Source: a candidate division Kazan bacterium GW2011_GWA1_50_15
GTDB taxonomy: Bacteria > Patescibacteriota > Kazan-3B-28
Length of the DNA: 64,000 nucleotides
Reading direction: 5' to 3'
Assembly: GCA_001029795.1 (NCBI GenBank)
Contig: CP011216.1
Span: 279,128 to 343,127, forward strand
Position numbers and translations under genes: made by a program. Positions 32,880 through 42,625 of the stretch are shown here, in pieces (the first letter of the stretch is position 1; each line of letters starts with the position of its first letter). The notes under the pieces were generated by a model. The model ran no database searches. It saw only the letters and a list, made by a program, of their open reading frames with translations, and was not told the DNA's origin.

Positions 32880-35800
32880 TTATTTATGCTTCGCTCTGGG
32901 CGTGATTTTATTAGCGCTGATCCCGACCTCCCCGATCGGCCGGCTCAGCTCTTCGGCCGAGTTAAGCACCTGAACGTTAAGGCCAAGACCTTGCAGCTCT
33001 TTGACGATAACGTTGAAGGCTTCGGGAGTTTGGGGTTTCTGGATCTCTTCACCCTTAATGATCGCTTCGTAGGTTCGCGACCGGCCCTGAACATCGTCAG
33101 ATTTAATAGTCAACATCTCTTCTAGAGTATGAGCCGCCCCGTATCCCTCCAACGCCCAGACCTCCATCTCTCCAAATCGCTGGCCCCCGAGTTGAGCCTT
33201 ACCCCCTAGCGGCTGCTGGGTGACGAGAGCGTAGGGTCCAATGGAACGAGCGTGGATCTTGTCGTCGACCATATGAATTAATTTCATCATATAGGTGACC
33301 CCGACTGTGGTTTCCTGGCCGAAGGATTGGCCGGACCGGCCATCGTAAAGCTGGGTCTTACCACTCTGGGGCAGGTTGGCCGCAGCCAACTCTTCTGTGA
33401 TCCCTTCCATATCAGTTCCTTCGAAGACTGGGTTAATCGCATTAAACTTTAAACTTCCAGCTGCCCAACCCAAATGGGTTTCTAGGATCTGACCTAGGTT
33501 CATCCGAGCGATCACTCCCAACGGGTTTAAGATGATATCCATCGGCGTGCCGTCTTCCATGAACGGCATGTCGGCCTGCGGCACTACCTGGGCGATAACA
33601 CCCTTGTTCCCGTGACGGCCAGCCAGTTTGTCACCGACCGAGATCTTGCGCATTTGGGCAATAAAGACGTATATCTTCTTCAACACCCCTACTTCTAATT
33701 TATCGCCCTTACTAGAATCAAATATTTTAACGCCAATCACTTTGCCGTAGCCGCCGTGCGGCATCCTGAGCGAGGTGTCTTTGACGTCTTTGACCTTTTC
33801 ACCAAAGATGGCGCGCAGCAGTCTCTCCTCGGCAGTGAGTTCAGTTTCACCCTTGGGCGTGATCTTGCCGACCAATATATCCCCGCCCTTAACTTTGGCA
33901 CCGATCCGAATGATCCCGTCTTCATCAAGGTCGGCCACAGCATCCTCACCAACGTTGGGAATATCTCGGGTAGTAATCTCTGGACCTAGTTTGGAGTCGC
34001 GGACGTCGACCTCCTCTCGTTTAATATGGATAGAGGTAAAGACGTCGTCTTTCACCAACCGATCCGAGATAACGATAGCATCCTGATAGTTGGCACCGCC
34101 CCACGGCATAAAAGCCACCAGAACGTTGCGGCCTAGGGCCAAGTGCCCGTCTTTGATGGCCGGCCCGTCGCAGAGCGGCTGGCCTTTTTTCACTTTTTGC
34201 CCCACCGACACGATCGGGTTCTGATTGAGGTTAGTCTCATGGTTGGAACGAACGAACTTCGTTAACAAGAACGTAATAGTATTCCGTTTCCCTTCCGGCT
34301 GGAACTCGATCCTGGCGCTGTCAACGTATTTGATCGTCCCCGCTTCCGGTGCGGTGATGACCCAGCCAGAACCTAGCGCGGCGTCATACTCCATCCCAGT
34401 ACCAACTATCGGCACCTGGGGTTTAACTAACGGCACAGCCTGGCGCTGCATATTCGAACCCATTAACGCCCGTTTGGCGTCGTCGTGCTCCACGAACGGA
34501 ATCAGGGCGGTCGTAACGCTCACGATCTGTTTGGGCGAGACGTCGGCATAGCTAACCCGACCGATCGAAACAGTGCTAGGCTCGCCTGACTGCCTGGCGG
34601 GAACTTGGGCGGACAGAACTTGGCCATGCGTATCAATTGGGATGTTGGCCTGCGCGATAGTTAGCTCCTCTTCGACATGCGCGTCTAGATATTCAACTTG
34701 ATTAGTAATAAAGGTTCTGACCGATAACTCCTCGATGTCTTTAAGGCGAACCAACCGGTCAGCCAGCGCCTCGTCGATGATCGTACCGGCCGGCGCGATA
34801 ATGTTGCGGCTTTTAGGGTCCACTATATCCTTATACAGGGTCCGGCCGACGCCGGCCTTCCCATCGTTAGGAACAACTGAAACGATCTTGCGGTAAGGGG
34901 TTTCAATAAAACCGTAGTCGTTAATGTTGGCGTAGGTAGCCAGATGACCGACCAGACCGATGTTTTGGCCCTCGGGGGTCTGGATGGGACAGATCCGACC
35001 ATAGTGGCTGGTGTGCACATCGCGAACATCAAATCCGGCCCGTTCGCGCGACAGACCGCCTGGCCCCATGGCGCTTAACCGCCGCTTATGTTCTAGTTCG
35101 GCCAAGGGATTGGTTTGATCCATGAACTGACTCAACTGCGACGAACCAAAAAACTCCTGCATGATCGCTGAAACGGGACGAGCGTTGATGAGTTGCGCCG
35201 GGGTGATGGTATTAATATCAGAGACACTCATTCGGTCTTTGACTATTCGCTCAACCCTCAAAAGACCTGTGCGGAATTTCATCTGCATCAGTTCGCCCAC
35301 CGCGCGCACGCGGCGATTTTTCAAATGGTCAACATCATCCGCTGCCCCGCCGCCGTTATCTAACCGGATGATCTCCCGGATGATCGAGATTAAGTCTTCT
35401 CGGGTCAATACACGATGTGATCTGTCATTCTTAGTCGCCAATTTCAACCGTTTGTTCAACTTGTACCGCCCCACCGCCCCCAAGTCATAACGACGAAAAT
35501 TCTGGAAGGTATTCACGAACAGCGTCCGGGCATTATCGACAGTAGCTAGATCTCCTGGCCGGATCTTTTTGTAGACCTCCAACAGAGCCTGGTCAGCCGA
35601 CTTGGCGGGATCCTTCTCGATAGTAGTTTTAATAAAGCTCATCTTGGGATCGTTATCTATGTCCGCGAACGCCTCGATGAGCTCTGAATCGCTACCCATG
35701 CCAAAAGCCCTGAGTAGAGTAGTAACAAAGGTCTTGCGCTTTCTGTCGATCTTGACCGATATCACACCCTTGCTGTTGGTCTCAATCTCAAGCCAAGCTC

Positions 35801-36317
35801 CCCGCTCGGGGATGATCTTCACACCGTACTGACCATGGCGCAACCCTTCTTCGCGAGTAAATAGCACACCGGACGAACGGACTAGCTGAGAGACGATGAC
35901 CCGTTCCACCCCATTGATCACGAATGTGCCCGAACCGGTCATCACTGGGATGTCACCCAAGAACACTTCTTGTTCTTTGATCTCTCCGGTATTCTTGTTC
36001 ACCAGCCGCAGTTTGACTCTAAGACTAGCTTCGAACGTAGTGTATTGATCGCGCGCCTGCTCTTCGGTGTATTTAGGTTCCTCTAAATAGTAATCGACAA
36101 AGTGTAGCTCTAAGTTCTTTCCGGTCAGGTCCTCGATCGGGCTGATCTCGTCAAAAAGATCCCTGAGACCTTCGCGCAGGAAGTGATCATAGGAACGACG
36201 TTGAAGACTGTTGAGTTCAGGAAGAGGATGAACTTTTTTGGGATCCGCATACCATTTATCTTGGTATCGTTCATTCTCAGTAATTAAAATGTGGGGCTCG
36301 AGGGCTTTTTTTGACAT
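32880..36317 (-). CDS. rpoB: RNA polymerase beta subunit
   Basis: SQFMDQTNPL, GDKLAGRHGNKG, GQRFGEME. Confidence 0.99.
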   Translation of the reverse strand: MSKKALEPHILITENERYQDKWYADPKKVHPLPELNSLQRRSYDHFLREGLRDLFDEISPIEDLTGKNLELHFVDYYLEEPKYTEEQARDQYTTFEASLRVKLRLVNKNTGEIKEQEVFLGDIPVMTGSGTFVINGVERVIVSQLVRSSGVLFTREEGLRHGQYGVKIIPERGAWLEIETNSKGVISVKIDRKRKTFVTTLLRAFGMGSDSELIEAFADIDNDPKMSFIKTTIEKDPAKSADQALLEVYKKIRPGDLATVDNARTLFVNTFQNFRRYDLGAVGRYKLNKRLKLATKNDRSHRVLTREDLISIIREIIRLDNGGGAADDVDHLKNRRVRAVGELMQMKFRTGLLRVERIVKDRMSVSDINTITPAQLINARPVSAIMQEFFGSSQLSQFMDQTNPLAELEHKRRLSAMGPGGLSRERAGFDVRDVHTSHYGRICPIQTPEGQNIGLVGHLATYANINDYGFIETPYRKIVSVVPNDGKAGVGRTLYKDIVDPKSRNIIAPAGTIIDEALADRLVRLKDIEELSVRTFITNQVEYLDAHVEEELTIAQANIPIDTHGQVLSAQVPARQSGEPSTVSIGRVSYADVSPKQIVSVTTALIPFVEHDDAKRALMGSNMQRQAVPLVKPQVPIVGTGMEYDAALGSGWVITAPEAGTIKYVDSARIEFQPEGKRNTITFLLTKFVRSNHETNLNQNPIVSVGQKVKKGQPLCDGPAIKDGHLALGRNVLVAFMPWGGANYQDAIVISDRLVKDDVFTSIHIKREEVDVRDSKLGPEITTRDIPNVGEDAVADLDEDGIIRIGAKVKGGDILVGKITPKGETELTAEERLLRAIFGEKVKDVKDTSLRMPHGGYGKVIGVKIFDSSKGDKLEVGVLKKIYVFIAQMRKISVGDKLAGRHGNKGVIAQVVPQADMPFMEDGTPMDIILNPLGVIARMNLGQILETHLGWAAGSLKFNAINPVFEGTDMEGITEELAAANLPQSGKTQLYDGRSGQSFGQETTVGVTYMMKLIHMVDDKIHARSIGPYALVTQQPLGGKAQLGGQRFGEMEVWALEGYGAAHTLEEMLTIKSDDVQGRSRTYEAIIKGEEIQKPQTPEAFNVIVKELQGLGLNVQVLNSAEELSRPIGEVGISANKITPRAKHK

Positions 36318-36480
36318 AAAAATCTCTCTTTTTGAAAAGCTACCTTATCAAAAAGTCGGGCTGAGACCTGCTTTTAACGCGGGGTCATAATGAGACAGTA
36401 GCGAAAATTAACGAAACCGTCAAGGCTAACAAAAACTCTCTCCATTATAGGTAGACAAAAAGTGGTCTGCAAGCCTTTTT

Positions 36481-37302
36481 TTATTGAATAATTTGAAAAG
36501 TCTGGGTCCGGGCGGTGACTCCCCCTGCCCTCACCGTCACCTCGAATGTGCCGACTGGCCAGAGTTTGTCGCTCCAGAAGCGACCAAATCGTTCACGGGG
36601 CAGAGTGAACATCAGGGGGTCGGTCCCGGTTGGCACAGTGGTAAATGTAGTGATAATCTGGTCGCTTTTAACGTATCGAACGCTAGTCTGGATCGTCACA
36701 CCAGATAGGGTAGTGTCCAGCCCAACTTGGATGTAGATCGTATTAGTGGACCGGCCAAAACTTAAGCGAGACTCCCCTAACCGCCCCTGGTCGGCACTAT
36801 CTGAAAAAGTAATGCTTTTGACGGTATGTTGGGCCCGCAGCTGCTCAGCTTCAGCGTCGCTTACCACCTGGAAGAATACTGTTTTGGCAAGTTTACCGTT
36901 TAACCAGACTTCTGCTCGGTACTCGCCCATATCCCAGCTGACACCGGGCCGTTCTAGCCTGGAGGCTAGCGAACTAAGACTTTTGCTGCTATCAAAGTCA
37001 AATCGGTTACTGTCGCCATGACGGCCGTCAAAATCCTCGCTAGCTAACAGCTGATTAGGCAGCTTAAACCACCGCACCCTGATCTGAGTGGATGACATTG
37101 GGTTAGATACCGCGGCCGCTAAGTATATGACTGGTACGCTAGTCGGTACCTCAACGAGCCGACTAACTGGTTCGTTGGTCAAACTCACCTCGCCGGCGAT
37201 CATGGCCGAGTCGACCTGAGGGCTCAGTTCACTAGAACAAGCCACTGCCGACAGCGCCACGAATACTATTCCCCCAAATAGTCCCAGGCGGTTGTGGCTC
37301 AT
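36481..37302 (-). CDS. Putative lipoprotein with two similar beta-sandwich domains
   Basis: Lipobox AVAC; internal duplication W..GEY/TF.V.V..GK/GV....F.V/I. Confidence 0.7.
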   Translation of the reverse strand: MSHNRLGLFGGIVFVALSAVACSSELSPQVDSAMIAGEVSLTNEPVSRLVEVPTSVPVIYLAAAVSNPMSSTQIRVRWFKLPNQLLASEDFDGRHGDSNRFDFDSSKSLSSLASRLERPGVSWDMGEYRAEVWLNGKLAKTVFFQVVSDAEAEQLRAQHTVKSITFSDSADQGRLGESRLSFGRSTNTIYIQVGLDTTLSGVTIQTSVRYVKSDQIITTFTTVPTGTDPLMFTLPRERFGRFWSDKLWPVGTFEVTVRAGGVTARTQTFQIIQ

Positions 37303-38183
37303 AGGTTCATCGACCGCAAAATTTTAATTCGTTCTTCGATCGGCGGGTGGGTGGAGTAAAGCGTACCTAAACTGCGATTAAGCTGCGGGAATGGATTGGC
37401 GATAAAAAGATGGGCGGTGGCTCGATTAGCCGATCGCATCCCGGATGCGTAAGTGGCGATCTTTTCGAGCGCGCGCGCTAATCCTTCGGGATAACGGGTT
37501 AACATCGCCCCCGAGGCATCGGCCAAAAATTCTCGTTTGCGCGAAACTGCCAAGGCTAGCAGACGTGCGAACAATGGGGCGAGCAGGGCTAACACGATCC
37601 CAATTACAACTAAGATACCGCTGCTGTCTCGATCGTTACCATTGCGATACCATCGGGCCCGCACGAACCAATCGGTTAATAAAGTAATGATCCCGACCAG
37701 AGTGACGGCGATGGTTGAGAGTAAGATATCCCAGTTACGTACATGGGACAGTTCGTGGGCCAACACCCCTTCTAGCTCAACCTTGTCCAATTTTTCAATG
37801 AGACCCGTGGTTAGGGCGATGCTGGCATGTCGAGGATCGCGGCCGGTCGCAAAAGCGTTAAGCGCTTGGTCATCGATAATGTATATCTTCGGCATCGGAA
37901 CACCAGCGGTGATACTGAGATTCTCAACTAGATGTGAAATCTTCTTCTCCTGCAAAGATCCATCCGTCCGCAGGGGCCTAGCTCGTGACGCAGCCAGCGC
38001 TAATTTGTCGCTGTTAAAGTAGCTGACCCAACTCATCACCACGCTAAATCCTACCGCCCAGATAAGAATGGTGCTGCTTTGGTAGACCAGCGAAAACACA
38101 TACCCAAGGCCAATGACCAGCACCAAGAATATGAAGATCAAAAAGGCGGTCCGACGCTGGTTGGCGATAATCTCCCGATACAT
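37299..38183 (-). CDS. htpX: Zinc metalloprotease HtpX (M48)
   Basis: NAFATG, AHELSH, SRKREFLAD, STHPP. Confidence 0.95.
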   Translation of the reverse strand: MYREIIANQRRTAFLIFIFLVLVIGLGYVFSLVYQSSTILIWAVGFSVVMSWVSYFNSDKLALAASRARPLRTDGSLQEKKISHLVENLSITAGVPMPKIYIIDDQALNAFATGRDPRHASIALTTGLIEKLDKVELEGVLAHELSHVRNWDILLSTIAVTLVGIITLLTDWFVRARWYRNGNDRDSSGILVVIGIVLALLAPLFARLLALAVSRKREFLADASGAMLTRYPEGLARALEKIATYASGMRSANRATAHLFIANPFPQLNRSLGTLYSTHPPIEERIKILRSMNL

Positions 38184-38191
38184 AAATCTAA

Positions 38192-38752
38192 CTAAAACTT
38201 CACCTCCGGGACCGACCTCTCAGCGATATCTTCTAACTCGAACAGATCACGGTGCTTGAAGTTGAACATGTTAGAGAAGATGTTGACCGGAAATATCTCT
38301 CGGCGAGTATTGTAGTCCCGCACGTTGGTGTTGTAGAATCGCCGAGCCGACATAACTTTGTTCTCGGTGTCGGCCAATTCTTCCTGCAGGTCACGGAAGT
38401 TTTCGCTAGCTTTGAGCTCGGGATAGTTCTCCGCTACCGCGAAGACGCTTCTCAAGGCGTGAGTCAGTACATTCTCGGCCGCGGCTTTACCTTTGAGATC
38501 GCCGCGTTCACCCGCGCTAACCGCCTGGGCGCGGGCGACAGTAACTTTCTCAAACAATTCTCGTTCGTGGCTAGCATATCCCTCTACCGCCTTGATTAGA
38601 TTTGGGATCAAATCGTGCCGACGTTTGAGCTGGACATCAATATCGCTGGCAGATTCGTCCACTCGGTTCTTCAGAACCACTAAACCGTTGAACATGCTGA
38701 TCATCCAAACGGCCACGGCGATAATAATTAAAATAATCCAAGTCCACACCAT
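38192..38752 (-). CDS. lemA: LemA family protein
   Basis: IDVQLKRRHDLIPNL, ENYPELKAS, RRFYN. Confidence 0.95.
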   Translation of the reverse strand: MVWTWIILIIIAVAVWMISMFNGLVVLKNRVDESASDIDVQLKRRHDLIPNLIKAVEGYASHERELFEKVTVARAQAVSAGERGDLKGKAAAENVLTHALRSVFAVAENYPELKASENFRDLQEELADTENKVMSARRFYNTNVRDYNTRREIFPVNIFSNMFNFKHRDLFELEDIAERSVPEVKF

Positions 38753-38803
38753 ATTTGCTCCTCTTCAATTTAAGGGTTAAATCCTACCCAGTATACGCTC
38801 CTT

Positions 38804-39379
38804 TTAGGTCCTCGGGAAGGCGAAGGATAGATAAGTAACCTTGGTCAGCTCCGTCCAGGTGAGATGACGAGCCCACGCGTTAGTCCACCAACCATTCTTG
38901 CGCCAGGCTGAATCGGTGGACGAATGATTAACAATTGGAAAGCCCGACCCCAGAAAGTGGCGGAAAGCAACTAAGGCCCGACGCTGATGATACGGCGAGG
39001 TGACCAGGATAATCGAACCGATGCCATGGTCACCGATAAGCGCCCGGACATTTTGGGCGTTACTGATAGTGTCGCGCGCTTCTTCGTCCAAAATTATCTT
39101 GTCGGCTGGGACTCCGGCGGTAATTGCCAATTTACGCATGGCCGCCGCATTGGACGGTCCTTCGTCGCGAGCCGCCCCTGACATAATTAAAAGCGGGGCC
39201 CAGCCAGCCCAATAGAGCTCTACCCCTTCATTCACTCGCTCAGCTGTCTCCCCTCCGCTGATCACCACGATAGCGTCACTAGACCGAAGCTTGTCTTGCG
39301 GCGACAAGTAGAAACCGGCACCGAGCATTAATCCGATGCCGACCAGTATCACCCACCCGATCCTTACAAGATACTTCAC
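38804..39379 (-). CDS. YdcF/DUF218 family protein
   Basis: DAIVVISGG, LIMSG, T..NA, LVTSPYHQRRA. Confidence 0.88.
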   Translation of the reverse strand: MKYLVRIGWVILVGIGLMLGAGFYLSPQDKLRSSDAIVVISGGETAERVNEGVELYWAGWAPLLIMSGAARDEGPSNAAAMRKLAITAGVPADKIILDEEARDTISNAQNVRALIGDHGIGSIILVTSPYHQRRALVAFRHFLGSGFPIVNHSSTDSAWRKNGWWTNAWARHLTWTELTKVTYLSFAFPRT

Positions 39380-39783
39380 GGCAGTTGCAGTTCCTGGCCA
39401 ACCGATAGACTATAAGGCGCCTCAAGATGGTTGAGAACGGCCAGATCCTTCCAATCCAACTCTAGAGCGGCAGCAATCCCTGCTAGCGTGTCGCCCTCCC
39501 GGACAGTGTAAGTCCCCGTACTTTGCAGTTTGAGAGTGGACTGATTACCGGCCGAGTCCGTAGCTGTATCGTCTGGATTGGTTGTTACATCGAACTGGTA
39601 TGTACCAGGATTAATCACCCCGATCGGCTTAATGAACATCGTGGCGATCAACCCGCGAAAAGCAAATATTAAAAAGATGGCGCTAAAAAACAACGCGTAC
39701 AGCACGATGATTGAAAATGGGTCCTCCCGAAACCGCTGTTTCAGACGATACCCGTACCGCCGAGTTCTATGCGACATCTCCAT
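39376..39783 (-). CDS. Membrane-anchored LysM protein
   Basis: TM helix followed by YTVREGDTLAGIA...LN.L..PY.L.VGQEL. Confidence 0.85.
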   Translation of the reverse strand: MEMSHRTRRYGYRLKQRFREDPFSIIVLYALFFSAIFLIFAFRGLIATMFIKPIGVINPGTYQFDVTTNPDDTATDSAGNQSTLKLQSTGTYTVREGDTLAGIAAALELDWKDLAVLNHLEAPYSLSVGQELQLP

Positions 39784-39803
39784 AGGTATATTTTACTATC
39801 TTC

Positions 39804-39891
39804 TGGTGGGCAGGGTGGGATTCGAACCCACAAGCCGTATTACCGGCAAAGGATTTTAAGTCCTTCGTGTATACCGTTCCACCACCTGCCC
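39804..39891 (-). tRNA. tRNA-Leu(TAA)
   Basis: Anticodon loop CTTAAAA, long variable arm, CCA. Confidence 0.95.
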
Positions 39892-40103
39892 TGATGGGCG
39901 AGAGAGGAAGTGTATCCCCACTGGTGTGGGGCCCCGCCATTCGCCGCTTTACGGTAAACCCAACATATTAATTATACCCTGCTCCGCAGGGAGCGACCCC
40001 ATGCGCGCACCTTAGCTTGCGCCAGCTTCTCCCCAACCATCACCGGCCATAAGAAAAAATCGGACAGGCCCGATTCTTTCCTTTTGGTGGGCGAGAGAGG
40101 AAT
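39892..40103. mobile_element. ~190-bp insert bounded by a duplicated tRNA-Leu(CAG) 3' end
   Basis: TGATGGGCGAGAGAGGAA (39892-39909) vs TGGTGGGCGAGAGAGGAA (40085-40102). Confidence 0.6.
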
Positions 40104-40170
40104 CGAACCTCCATGAGATTGCTCTCACTACGACCTGAACGTAGCGCGTCTACCGTTCCGCCACTCGCCC
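40085..40170 (-). tRNA. tRNA-Leu(CAG)
   Basis: CTACG-TTCAGGT-CGTAG anticodon arm, variable arm, CCA. Confidence 0.95.
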
Positions 40171-40244
40171 TGGAGGCCCGAGGCGGAATCAAACCGCCGT
40201 ACGGGGTTTTGCAGACCCCTGCCTAATCACTCGGCCATCGGGCC
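40171..40244 (-). tRNA. tRNA-Cys(GCA)
   Basis: Anticodon loop CTGCAAA, U73, T-loop variant TTTGATT. Confidence 0.9.
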
Positions 40245-40422
40245 CTCGTCAGGATGGACTCGACTTGACGCTATCCCGCCATCGTCTGCACACGGCGGGA
40301 TGCTTTTGGGTCTCGTCATCCTTCCTCTCAATCCGCCAACTGGCGGACACAAATAGTCGCTTGCACTCCTTAGTCCGCGAATTTGGGTTTGAGATCTAAC
40401 AAATTATTAATCCATTTCGGTC

Positions 40423-40497
40423 TGGAGCGGGTGAGGAGAGTCGAACTCCCGTCTCTACCTTGGCAAGGTAATATAATAACCGTTATACGACACCCGC
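40423..40497 (-). tRNA. tRNA-Gly(GCC)
   Basis: GCGGGTG acceptor, loop TTGCCAA, TCCA end. Confidence 0.93.
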
Positions 40498-40499
40498 AT

Positions 40500-40574
40500 T
40501 GGTGCCGAGGGACAGAATCGGACTGTCAACACCACGCTCTTCAGGCGCGTGCTCTACCATTGAGCTACCTCGGC
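40500..40574 (-). tRNA. tRNA-Phe(GAA)
   Basis: Loop CTGAAGA, GCCGAGG acceptor, T-loop variant TCCGATT. Confidence 0.9.
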
Positions 40575-40605
40575 CCTACATCAACCATAATATAGTAAGT
40601 TGCTG

Positions 40606-40681
40606 TGGTGGACGATGCAGGATTCGAACCTGCGACACCTCGGATGTAAACCGAGTGCTCTAACCACTGAGCTAATCGTCC
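40606..40681 (-). tRNA. tRNA-Val(TAC)
   Basis: CTCGG-TTTACAT-CCGAG, GGTTCGAATCC, CCA. Confidence 0.95.
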
Positions 40682-40703
40682 AAATCTTATGCGGGGCAAT
40701 TCC

Positions 40704-40773
40704 CAACCGAGTGTTCCCCGCCCGACTGAACGATTCCAGTCGTTCGGACGGGTAACCAGCTGAGCTATGTGCC
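40704..40773 (-). pseudogene. 5' half of a tRNA-Val-like gene split by a 36-bp palindrome (40717-40752)
   Basis: GGCACATAGCTCAGCTGGTTA[insert]GAACACTCGGTTG resembles neighbouring tRNA-Val TAGCTCAGTGGTTAGAGCACTCGGTT; no T-arm or CCA. Confidence 0.6.
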
Positions 40774-40774
40774 A

Positions 40775-40861
40775 TGGTGGACGAGAGAGGACTCGAACCT
40801 CCACGGGTTTTACCCCACAGCGCCCTTAACGCTGCGCGTATACCAATTTCGCCACTCGTCC
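40775..40861 (-). tRNA. tRNA-Leu(AAG)
   Basis: CAGCG-TTAAGGG-CGCTG anticodon arm, long variable arm, A73, CCA. Confidence 0.92.
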
Positions 40862-42540
40862 TACTTAGTTTTAATATACCATTCCTGAATGTTGGCGAAC
40901 CGATCAGACAAAGATGAGAGATTAATCCGATCAGTTACCCCCTTCACCTTAGCGTCCACTAGATAAACATACCTAGGCTGATAAAGCAAGATGGCCGGCA
41001 CCAGATCGGCGAAAGCGGTCTGGAACTTGTGGTAGTTAGCGATGGTCTGATTCAAACTAGTGCTTACTCTGGCGGTCTCTAATGAGTTATCAATGTCCTT
41101 GTCGAACTCCACGGCTAGAGCTAAACCGGGGTCTTGGATCTGACTACTATGCCAATAGACGTAGGGATCGGAGTCGGTACCCAGGTCTTGACCAAAAATC
41201 AGCACTTCGTAGTCGCGTGGCCGGATCACCTCTTTGATTAGAGTAGCAGCGTCAAGCTGCTCTACCACAACATCAACCCCAATAGCTTTCCAGCTGCGCT
41301 GGAGAGATTCGGCGATCTGTTTGGACTGAGCATCATCGCGAACGACCATCCGAAAGTTTAGGCGAGTCCCGTTCTTGTCCAGGACCCCATCCCCGTCCGC
41401 ATCGACCCAGCCTGCTCGCTTTAAGACTTCGGCGGCCTTGGTAATACTAAAATCATATTTGGCAATATCTGGGTTATGCCCCCAGAAGCCCGGCAGGACC
41501 GGTGAATCAACCCGATCCGCCGCTCCCCCCTCGACCTGGTCGATGATCTGCTGTTTATTGACCGCGTAAGCCAGAGCCTGGCGCACCGTTTTATCTTTGA
41601 TAGCATTGTTGTCGTTCAGCTGGTTAAAGAAGATTGCCTTATACTGTGGCAAAGAATAGATGTAGCGCACATCGTTCGGGGTGAGATCACTGCCACTCGG
41701 GTCAATATCGATAAAACCAGCGGCGCTGACCGTCCGATTTTTGAAAGCGGCCAAGAGGCTCTTTTCGCTATCGAAGAAAAAGAAGACTAAGCGTTCAATG
41801 TAGGGGGCTTGACCGTAGTAGTGCTTGAACCGAGTTAAGGCGACTGACTCTCCGGGGCTATCTTTCTCTAGCCGGTAAGGCCCGGTCCCGATAATCTTGT
41901 CATCACCGTACGTGGTCTTGAACTCAGACACCGGAATGTCGCGGTAGATGTGTTGAGGAATAATAGGCAACGACATATCGTACAGAAAGAAAGCCGACGC
42001 GCTCGGCAATGTGAATCTAACCGTATAGTCATCGATCTTCTCCGCCCCTACCCCAGCAAATCCCGACTTCAACACACCACGATAATCATCGTTCTGCAAA
42101 ACGTTAATGGTGTAGACGACGTCATCGGCCGTAAATATCTCGTCGTCTTGCCAGAGCACATCGCGACGCAAATGGAAGACATAAGTCTTGCCCTGATCGC
42201 TGATATCCCAAGTCTCGGCCAGGTCGGGCAGCACTTCTCGGCCCGGACTGATACGAGTCAAGCCCGAGTAGACTAACCGAACTAGATCGCGATCAACGCT
42301 GTTGGTCTCTGCCAGTAACGGTTGGAGATAGCGCAGGGTACCAACTAGTCCTTCTACCTGTACGCCCCCACTGGTTGGTTGGCGCTCACCTATCCCCCCA
42401 GGATCGGCGGCCATAATGCCGCTCACCGCGATGACAGTAGCTAGACTTAAAAGCACCCAGCGCTCTGAACGACTGAATTTACGGCTCAACCGACCCAACC
42501 ACACGAATAATCGACCCAGAGCGGCCTGTAAACCGGCCAA
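40861..42540 (-). CDS. ABC peptide/nickel substrate-binding protein (family 5)
   Basis: PDLAETWDIS..G..Y.FHLR..V.WQD...FTADDV, GTGPY, VRQAL.YA.N; start uncertain. Confidence 0.9.
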   Translation of the reverse strand: MAGLQAALGRLFVWLGRLSRKFSRSERWVLLSLATVIAVSGIMAADPGGIGERQPTSGGVQVEGLVGTLRYLQPLLAETNSVDRDLVRLVYSGLTRISPGREVLPDLAETWDISDQGKTYVFHLRRDVLWQDDEIFTADDVVYTINVLQNDDYRGVLKSGFAGVGAEKIDDYTVRFTLPSASAFFLYDMSLPIIPQHIYRDIPVSEFKTTYGDDKIIGTGPYRLEKDSPGESVALTRFKHYYGQAPYIERLVFFFFDSEKSLLAAFKNRTVSAAGFIDIDPSGSDLTPNDVRYIYSLPQYKAIFFNQLNDNNAIKDKTVRQALAYAVNKQQIIDQVEGGAADRVDSPVLPGFWGHNPDIAKYDFSITKAAEVLKRAGWVDADGDGVLDKNGTRLNFRMVVRDDAQSKQIAESLQRSWKAIGVDVVVEQLDAATLIKEVIRPRDYEVLIFGQDLGTDSDPYVYWHSSQIQDPGLALAVEFDKDIDNSLETARVSTSLNQTIANYHKFQTAFADLVPAILLYQPRYVYLVDAKVKGVTDRINLSSLSDRFANIQEWYIKTK

Positions 42541-42625
42541 CCGGATCAGGGCTGGATGGGCGCGGGAAGTTAATTTGGAACGTTGGACGATACGAATGGC
42601 GTTCTCCGATTACCTTTAAGGTGAA

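Noticed and set aside
29081-36317. Possible inteins/introns in rpoB or rpoC
   Set aside because: Lengths and motifs are continuous; no intein termini or frame breaks seen
40383-40804. Short ORFs across the tRNA cluster
   Set aside because: Spurious frames over tRNA genes
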